A stretch of 64,000 nucleotides of DNA from Polyangia bacterium (lineage in GTDB: Bacteria > Myxococcota_A > Polyangia > Polyangiales > JAUICN01). A program made the position numbers and the translations under genes. The stretch covers positions 130,496-194,495 of the forward strand of contig JAUICN010000005.1 in assembly GCA_030427835.1 (NCBI GenBank), written 5' to 3'. Position 1 is the first letter of the stretch; every line of letters begins with the position of its first letter. The notes under the pieces are model-generated. The model saw nothing but the letters and a program-made list of their open reading frames with translations, ran no database searches and was not told the origin of the DNA. This document shows, piece after piece, positions 55,622 through 62,617 of the stretch.

Positions 55622-57055
55622 ATGCATCAACGATTTCTGTATTTCCTTGGGAGCCTGGCCCTTGCGGTCCTTGCCGCATGCAGCCTAGGCCCCACTCCTG
55701 ACCGTTCATCCAAGGGTCATCTCTCCTCGGCGCTGCAAGACACATTGTTTGTCATGGCGAAGTTTCCAAGGTTCGGCTGCGTGGTCGATCCACAGACGGT
55801 GGTCACCCATCCCTTTCAATCGCCCGCCTTTGCGGTGCGCTGCCCCCAGCGTTCCGGGGGCCCAAGCGGCATTCAATGCAAGGGCCCCCAGGGAAACCAA
55901 AGCTGTGTGGTGGATGGCCTTTTCGCCACCTCAAGTGAGTTAGCCTCCGTGCAACGCACGCCCCAGTCCTACGAACAATGGGTAGCCCAACAGCATGCCC
56001 TAGCCAACGGGGCCCTACGGGGGTCAGGCCACGTGCCCACCAACATATTCGCCGAGGCGACTCCCGATGACGAGGGCAACCTGGAAACATGGTCCCTACT
56101 TGCCATCTACGATCCCCACGCCATGACCCTCGCCGCCCTGGAAAACGGCGAAGACATCAACGATGTTGATCTGGGTGAGGCCGAAGCGCTCGGAATGCCG
56201 TTGGAGCTAGCAGAACAACCCGGTATTCGTTGGGGTGGCGGCCTGGGATACGTGGCCATTGCAGGCTCCTCTGTACAGCTACTGAGCACCCAAGCCATCA
56301 CGTGGAGGTCCCTCCGTCACCTGGTCAAGCGAACCATCGCCAACGCCATCATGACCGCCACCCTCATGGTCGACGTGGCCACCGAACTGGTGAGCCTGGA
56401 CGGAGCCCGGGAATATCAACTGCGCCGCGGCTACCACACCGCCTCCGGCATCACACTCCCTGTGCCCCCAGAGCACCAGGTATTCCGATCAGGCACCTGG
56501 CGCGAAGTGGATCTCGCACTCGGCCCGGCCGCCATCGCCCTTACGTGGGAGCGCCTGTCTGAGCCCTCCTCCGGGTCCACTTCCGGCAAGGTACTCACTG
56601 TGGGGTTGTCGGACATCATCCAGCGGGACGGCACCTTGGTGATGTTCCCCGAGTACAGCGACAAACTTAACGCATACAAATCCAGTTTTCGGCAAGACAG
56701 GTTCGACCGCTGTGGCATGGGCTATCTCGGGGTGTCCGGTACCTGCTACCAGATGGCCGGAACAGACCACCTTCTTTGCAGTGAAGCCGCGACTGTGTTT
56801 GCCGCCGCCTGCCTTCTACTCGACACGGCGCAGGTGTGGGACCCATCCTCTAAATGCGGAACAAGCCGAAGCCTGTGCAATGGCTTCCTTGTCTTCGACA
56901 GTGTGGCGGGTCGGCACGGGCTTTTGGTGAAGACCGCCCAAAGCCCGCCCGACGTGGTGCTGCAAAATGCCGCCAATCAGTTCAATCTCACCCACATGTG
57001 CAGCAACGGCTACGAATCCTGCATGCAGCGAAAAGAAATCACAGAGATCCCCTAG
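55622..57055 (+). CDS. Lipoprotein, family A paralog 1
   Basis: MHQRFLYFLGSLALAVLAAC. Shares the GGPSGIQC and GMPLELAEQP blocks with A2/A3 and a Cys-rich C-terminal module with A2. Confidence 0.7.
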   Translation: MHQRFLYFLGSLALAVLAACSLGPTPDRSSKGHLSSALQDTLFVMAKFPRFGCVVDPQTVVTHPFQSPAFAVRCPQRSGGPSGIQCKGPQGNQSCVVDGLFATSSELASVQRTPQSYEQWVAQQHALANGALRGSGHVPTNIFAEATPDDEGNLETWSLLAIYDPHAMTLAALENGEDINDVDLGEAEALGMPLELAEQPGIRWGGGLGYVAIAGSSVQLLSTQAITWRSLRHLVKRTIANAIMTATLMVDVATELVSLDGAREYQLRRGYHTASGITLPVPPEHQVFRSGTWREVDLALGPAAIALTWERLSEPSSGSTSGKVLTVGLSDIIQRDGTLVMFPEYSDKLNAYKSSFRQDRFDRCGMGYLGVSGTCYQMAGTDHLLCSEAATVFAAACLLLDTAQVWDPSSKCGTSRSLCNGFLVFDSVAGRHGLLVKTAQSPPDVVLQNAANQFNLTHMCSNGYESCMQRKEITEIP

Positions 57056-57197
57056 ATAGATCTGCCAATCCGGAATCAATTTCGGCTTCACAGCCTGGGC
57101 GGGGGTAGCCAGTAAGTGAGTGAAGTGGGGCCTACAGCCCACAGGAATCGCAGTTCCTACCACGTGTGCATCGTGCATTTGTGGCGCGATTGTTGTG

Positions 57198-57213
57198 TGG
57201 CACGGGACCTGCT
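57198..57213 (+). promoter_or_regulatory. Sigma-54-type -24/-12 promoter-like element (TGGCACG-ggac-CTGCT)
   Basis: GG at 57199-200 and GC at 57211-12, 10 nt apart. The element lies 64 nt upstream of ATG 57277. Confidence 0.55.
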
Positions 57214-57276
57214 TTACGGGGGGGTATGTTGTACCCCACCCCCCCAAATACAAAACTGAATCACCTGGCCGAATGC

Positions 57277-58659
57277 ATGTCGTGGCTCGGCTTGCTTGCC
57301 CTTACATCAACCGCCTGTGCCGTCGCGCCTGCGAACACAGCAGAGCACGTATTCGCCAACAAGCGAGCTGTAACCAACACTACAGAGCTCTCCGTGGTCG
57401 TGGCGGCCAAGTCCCAGCGGCACGATTGCTTGCCTGCACAACACGTGCGACCCGCGGATGACCTGCACCCCACCGCTTGGTACCCTGTCGAGTGCAAGCG
57501 CGGCAACCCCGGCCCCAGTGGCGTCGATTGTCACACCCGAGGATTGGACATCTATTGCACCATCTCCAACGCGTACGTTCCTGACGACGGCTCCCCTGAA
57601 ATTAGTGAAACACAACTCACCTCTGGAACATTCAACGATTGGCTCTCTCGCCAAATCGCAAGTGCACGTAGCCATCTGAAAAGTGGGCAGGCCCTGGCAG
57701 GATCCGGCGAAGTGTTTGCCTGGGGCGGACCCCAAAAATCCCCATGGCTCCACAACAGTGTAGTTGGAAAAGCCAAGTACAGCCTCACCGTCTACAACGT
57801 CATGGCGGTGGCGGATGCCCCTGCGTTTACGGCAGCTCTGGTGAACAACCACCCAGAATACGAACTGGATGAAGCCAAAGCTCAAAAAGCAGGGATCCCA
57901 CTGGAGTGGGTGGCAGCGCCTGCGATACTCTATGGCGAGTTTGGTTTCACAGCCGTACAGGCCAGTGCGCTTGAGGCCAGCGCGGGTGGTTGGATCATGT
58001 CGGCTGAAACCCTAAGCATGCTTGCCAGGGGCACCATCGCAAGAACCGCTTCCGCCTCGTTTCAGATTCACGGCCTGCTCACCTGGCTCTTCCCACCGAA
58101 AAACGGCGCCATCGCCTACCACGTGCTCGACGCCTACACCTACGGCGACACCACCCACATCACCCCCGCCACCCCACAAGACACCATCACCTCCGGCGAC
58201 TGGGACGACGTCCTCCCCCAACTCGCCACCCACGCCCTAGAACTCACAAACGCCATCTATGCAACCTCGACGACCAACATGCTTGTTCCTGACGCAAACG
58301 GCATCGTAGCCTACCCTGAAGAATTTGCCGCTGACATCGAGGCGGCCAAAACGGAGAGCGCATCGGCGAACTGTCACCGCGGGTATCGAGGGGTACGCGA
58401 CACTTGCAACGCAACTCACGGTGGCGATCTGCAAGACGACACGCGCCAAGCCTACTGCGACTACCTGGCGGCGGGATTCTTGAAAGGCTGTCGAATGGCG
58501 CAGTCCGCAGGAAACGCCCCATTCGCCTGCCAGGCTGGTTTCTCCAGTTGCAATTTTTACAGCATGATAACGCCAACGCGAGACACGTTTTGGGAGAGCG
58601 CCCCAACAGACCCGAGAACAACTGCCATCTGTGCTGAGGGTATGAACAAGTGTCAATAA
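57277..58659 (+). CDS. Lipoprotein, family A paralog 2
   Basis: MSWLGLLALTSTAC. Colinear with A3 over about 330 aa, through VECKRGNPGPSGVDCH, KSPWLH, AGIPLEWVAAPAILYGEFGF and ASASFQIHGLL. Confidence 0.75.
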   Translation: MSWLGLLALTSTACAVAPANTAEHVFANKRAVTNTTELSVVVAAKSQRHDCLPAQHVRPADDLHPTAWYPVECKRGNPGPSGVDCHTRGLDIYCTISNAYVPDDGSPEISETQLTSGTFNDWLSRQIASARSHLKSGQALAGSGEVFAWGGPQKSPWLHNSVVGKAKYSLTVYNVMAVADAPAFTAALVNNHPEYELDEAKAQKAGIPLEWVAAPAILYGEFGFTAVQASALEASAGGWIMSAETLSMLARGTIARTASASFQIHGLLTWLFPPKNGAIAYHVLDAYTYGDTTHITPATPQDTITSGDWDDVLPQLATHALELTNAIYATSTTNMLVPDANGIVAYPEEFAADIEAAKTESASANCHRGYRGVRDTCNATHGGDLQDDTRQAYCDYLAAGFLKGCRMAQSAGNAPFACQAGFSSCNFYSMITPTRDTFWESAPTDPRTTAICAEGMNKCQ

Positions 58660-58711
58660 GCAAAAGAATCCTGTGGGCGACAGGGAGGAAGCAGCCTGCT
58701 AACACCCCCGG

Positions 58712-59482
58712 GTGCGCTCCAACCTAGATACACTTTGCGGCTGCTTTCCCACGGGCAGGCACTACCCTGGGATTGCGGATTTGATCGCCAAATCCGTAGT
58801 CAAAGTGGATGGTTTGGCGGGTTCCTACACCCCGGATCGGGTTTGGAAGCGCCTTCCCCTGGTGGTCATCGACTTTGAAACCACGGGGCTGAACCCGGAA
58901 AACGATCGTGTGTTGGAAATGGGCCTGGTCTTCTTTCGGGACGGCAAGTTTGAGGATCGCCACAACTGGCTCATCAACCCTGGCATGCCCGTTCCCAAGG
59001 AATCCAGCGACGTCCACGGCATCACCGATGAACAGCTGGCAGACGCTCCCTTCTTTGAACAAATCTTTGATGAAGTCCTGGGCCACCTCAAGGATAGGGT
59101 GCCCGTGGCCTACAACGCCCCCTTCGACCGTAAGTTCCTCCACGCCGAAGCCGCACGCTTGGGCTATGGAGGGCTAACCCAACTGGGTGATGTGCCACCT
59201 GCGCTCGACACGGAAGCGGTGTGGATCGATCCCCTGGTGTGGGTACGTGAACTGCAAAAGTTCGAGAAGGGAAAAAAGCTCACCGACGTGGCCGCCCGCA
59301 TGAACATCCCGCTGGATAACGCCCACCGCGCTTCTGGCGACGCCGAAGCCACGGGCCACGTACTCATGGCACTCGCCAAGGACATGCCCGAATCCTACGG
59401 AGAGCTCGTTCGCATCCAGGGCCGCTACAGCGCCCAGCAGGAAGCCGAGTTCGCCGCCTGGCGCGCCAAGAGAAAGGGCTAG
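58712..59482 (+). CDS. DEDDh 3'-5' exonuclease (DNA polymerase III epsilon-like)
   Basis: Exo I VVIDFETTG, Exo II YNAPFDRKFL, Exo III HRASGDAEAT. The start is uncertain: GTG 58712 or GTG 58805. Confidence 0.8.
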   Translation: MRSNLDTLCGCFPTGRHYPGIADLIAKSVVKVDGLAGSYTPDRVWKRLPLVVIDFETTGLNPENDRVLEMGLVFFRDGKFEDRHNWLINPGMPVPKESSDVHGITDEQLADAPFFEQIFDEVLGHLKDRVPVAYNAPFDRKFLHAEAARLGYGGLTQLGDVPPALDTEAVWIDPLVWVRELQKFEKGKKLTDVAARMNIPLDNAHRASGDAEATGHVLMALAKDMPESYGELVRIQGRYSAQQEAEFAAWRAKRKG

Positions 59483-59486
59483 AGCA

Positions 59487-60557
59487 TTGTCGTCCACAGC
59501 AAAGCGATCCCTTCCATGGAGACAGGGGCTCGGCCTGCCCTGGTCCCCCAAGCGAAAGATCCTCGTATTCAGCGCCCTGACCGCCGCCGCAAGTTGGGGC
59601 GTTGTACTCATGTTCACGGCCCTGGGCGGCAAGGGTGGCACACCCGCATCTGCCGCGGTCTGGAGGCTCTACACCCTTTGCCCCGCCATGATGGCCCTGC
59701 TTGTGCGGGGAGCCATTTCCCAACAGCCCCTGCTCGGCCCCCTGGGCCTTTCCCTCAAACTCAACCGCTATTGGATGGTCGCCTGGCTGCTACCCATCGG
59801 CCTCACCGCCGCATCCTGGCTGCTTAGCGGTCTCGTACCTGGAATCAGCGTTAGCACGGACATCCAAACCTTTTTGGATCATTTCCAATCCCGTGCCGGT
59901 GCGGATCCAGAGGCCTATGCCACCTTTGAAAAACAGGTGCGTGAATCCATCGCCGACGGCCCCCACCCCGCGTTTCGCATGCTGCTCCAAGCCATGGTGG
60001 CAGGCATGACCCTCAACGCGCTAACAGCCCTGGGAGAAGAACTGGGCTGGCGCGGTTTCCTTTCGCACGAACTCGCAGCCCATAAAAACGCAGCCCACGC
60101 CGCGAGCAACAAGCGCAATGCCGATCAGTCGCAAGCGGTCGGCTCTGGAAACGTGGATAGGGCGTTTTGGAACCGCTCCTGGATCGTGGGTGGCGCCTGG
60201 GGCCTCTGGTACCTGCCCTTCGCGCTCACCGGCTTTCCCTTTCCCGGTGCGCCCGTCACCAGCGCCTTCCTTCTGCCCCTGTGGTGCCTCGCCACCGGCC
60301 CCCTGTTTGCGTGGTTGCGTGTACGCAGCGGCTCCATCTTCGCCGTGGGCATCCTGCACGGAACCTGGTTCGGTCTTATTGAATTGCCCCACCTCGTCAC
60401 CCGAGTAGCAGAAGGCACCCCCGCCTGGATGAACCACCTCGCCATCGGCCCCCAAAGCCTCATCGGAATCCTCCTGGCCGCCACAGTCTCCCTCTACCTA
60501 ACCACCCGCCCCCCACCCACTCCCCAGGGCTCAGAGCACCGCACAAACGTGGCCTAG
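59487..60557 (+). CDS. CPBP-family intramembrane glutamic endopeptidase (Abi-like)
   Basis: GEELGWRGFL and VGILHG motifs with multiple TM segments. The TTG start lies 4 nt after the exonuclease stop. Confidence 0.7.
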   Translation: MSSTAKRSLPWRQGLGLPWSPKRKILVFSALTAAASWGVVLMFTALGGKGGTPASAAVWRLYTLCPAMMALLVRGAISQQPLLGPLGLSLKLNRYWMVAWLLPIGLTAASWLLSGLVPGISVSTDIQTFLDHFQSRAGADPEAYATFEKQVRESIADGPHPAFRMLLQAMVAGMTLNALTALGEELGWRGFLSHELAAHKNAAHAASNKRNADQSQAVGSGNVDRAFWNRSWIVGGAWGLWYLPFALTGFPFPGAPVTSAFLLPLWCLATGPLFAWLRVRSGSIFAVGILHGTWFGLIELPHLVTRVAEGTPAWMNHLAIGPQSLIGILLAATVSLYLTTRPPPTPQGSEHRTNVA

Positions 60558-60784
60558 GCCCCGGTTTTCAGCTCAAATTTCGCGTCAACGCGCGTCCCAC
60601 TGGGGTTCAGTCACCCCAGCCAGGTGGCGGAACCGGTTGTGTTCCAAGGAACATTCGCTGTTCCCTCAGAACGACTCAGAATCACCTTGATATCAAACGG
60701 TATTCACATTTTTGCAGAGCAATACAGGCCCGCTGTCTGGAACACTTGCTGCTCCAGTTCTTAAGAAATCACGTGCTTTTTTGA

Positions 60785-60800
60785 TGGCACGGGCTGTGCA
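60785..60800 (+). promoter_or_regulatory. Sigma-54-type -24/-12 promoter-like element (TGGCACG-ggct-GTGCA)
   Basis: GG at 60786-87 and GC at 60798-99, 10 nt apart. The element lies 41 nt upstream of ATG 60841, which has a GGAGAA SD. Confidence 0.55.
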
Positions 60801-60840
60801 TCCATTTCTGCCAGACTCTCAGTTTTATTGGAGAAACCCC

Positions 60841-62493
60841 ATGCCCAGTCAGCTCATTCACAAATCCATCGCCCTAACCACCCTAGGCCTACTCGCCTGC
60901 GGCACTCCTTCTCAAGCGAATCGTACAAAATCCACATCTCCCGGGCACAGCATGGAGTTGTCCGGTGTTGTGGTCGGAAAATCGGTACGTCACGGTTGCC
61001 GGCCAACGGAAGAGATCTTTCCTTCAGACGATGACCACACCACAAGCTGGCATGCCGTCGAATGCAAACGAAGTAATCCAGGGCCCAGTGGTGTTTCCTG
61101 TCACTCAAGTACGTTTGGAGACCGGTATTGCACCGTCGGTAATATTCATATACCGGCAGACGGAACACCCGACATCACGGAGGCTCAGTTAACGGGACAG
61201 AGCTACGACGCATGGATCGTTCGGCAAGTCAGCAAGGCCCGGAAACGATTGAGAGATGGTCAGTCCATGGCAGTACTAAGCGAGGTTTTTGCCCTTAGCG
61301 GGCCCGAAAAGTCTCCGTGGTTACACCAAGATCCAATTCGCAGAAACAAGTACAGCATTAAGATAGCCAACGTAATGGGCGTGACCGACGCGCCTGGTTT
61401 GTCTGTGGCTGTAGCCAGGAACAACGAAGATATTGAACTCGACGAACAAGAGCTAGCCCGGTCAGGCATTCCCTTGGAACTCGCAGGAGCCCCTGCTTTA
61501 TTTTGGGGCGAGTTCGGTTTTGCGACGGCCGAAGCGTCGTCGATCGTGGTTACAGCGTCGTCTGGAGTGGGTAGCATTGGTATTGAGGCGCTTAGTTTCC
61601 TAGCGAAAGGAGCAATCGCCCGTGGAGCAGCAGCATCGTTTCAGATCGCTGGGATACTTGAGTTTTTCTTCCCCATTTTAGATGACGCGGAAGCGTATTT
61701 CGTTCACGAGGTGCGGCAGATAGACGGTGTGACCTCTGTGGAACCCGCGACTCAGCAGAATACTGTGGTGTCCGGTGAATGGAGTGAGGCACAGGCGCTT
61801 CTAGTGCGTCGTACGCTGGAACTTGCAAGCGCACACTACGGAGCGGACACGCTCGATAGAGAAGCAGTGGAAAAACACCTTGCTGGTCTTGATCTTCCAG
61901 AAACAGCGCTCGATGACGCTATCCGGCTTGCTCCATTGAATGCGGATCGACTAGAGGAAATCGCAGAGACCTATGGCAAGGGTGATGGATCGAGCATCTG
62001 TGAAGTCGTCGGTGCTGAAAACAGGGCAGAAGGAAGTGCCAACAACCACGTGATGTGTGAAAGAGGTCGAAAAGCCATTAGACCATCCGCTTCTGCCAGC
62101 TATTCCATGATGACCCTGCGGGCTAGAAATGGAAATCCCACACGCTTTATTATGGGCAAACTCCATTACACATATGGACCACGCCGTCTTCTGACTCAGT
62201 TCCCAGTGCCCATGGGCGATCGTCTGAGCGCCGGTGCCCATGGAGACTATTCGGTGACGCCAGGATTCCTACGAAGTCGAACAACAGACGTCCTTGTTGC
62301 CTTGGATGTGATTCACGCAGTGTACTCAGCCGCAAAGTGCCGCGAGCATCTGACCTACATGGTACCGATCTCCGCTACGGGTGCTCGATTCAGCTCGTTT
62401 GGTGATAGCTATCTTGTACAGTTCCCATCAGGTGGAAGCGTTCAGCTTGAAAAGTGCCTACCGAATACCCTGTCTGATGTCGGTCGTCTGTAG
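60841..62493 (+). CDS. Lipoprotein, family A paralog 3, with a distinct C-terminal module
   Basis: MPSQLIHKSIALTTLGLLAC. Homologous to A2 up to about nt 61850, then about 215 aa unrelated to A1 or A2. GC is visibly lower. Confidence 0.75.
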   Translation: MPSQLIHKSIALTTLGLLACGTPSQANRTKSTSPGHSMELSGVVVGKSVRHGCRPTEEIFPSDDDHTTSWHAVECKRSNPGPSGVSCHSSTFGDRYCTVGNIHIPADGTPDITEAQLTGQSYDAWIVRQVSKARKRLRDGQSMAVLSEVFALSGPEKSPWLHQDPIRRNKYSIKIANVMGVTDAPGLSVAVARNNEDIELDEQELARSGIPLELAGAPALFWGEFGFATAEASSIVVTASSGVGSIGIEALSFLAKGAIARGAAASFQIAGILEFFFPILDDAEAYFVHEVRQIDGVTSVEPATQQNTVVSGEWSEAQALLVRRTLELASAHYGADTLDREAVEKHLAGLDLPETALDDAIRLAPLNADRLEEIAETYGKGDGSSICEVVGAENRAEGSANNHVMCERGRKAIRPSASASYSMMTLRARNGNPTRFIMGKLHYTYGPRRLLTQFPVPMGDRLSAGAHGDYSVTPGFLRSRTTDVLVALDVIHAVYSAAKCREHLTYMVPISATGARFSSFGDSYLVQFPSGGSVQLEKCLPNTLSDVGRL

Positions 62494-62617
62494 TTGTTGT
62501 CCATCGAACCACCAGGCGCTTCTGCGAACAATGCGGTATTCCGGGCGCCTGTTTCCGGTTGAGCAAACCCGCTGTGCTATTTGATGGAACTAGTCGAGCG
62601 TTCATAGTGGTGAGCTG

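Noticed and set aside
53584-62493. Calling the lipoprotein array a bona fide SitA/SitI toxin-immunity system
   Set aside because: I found no sequence motif I can tie to SitA families, no small immunity ORF downstream of each gene and no sitB-like gene. I keep it only as an analogy within a hypothesis.
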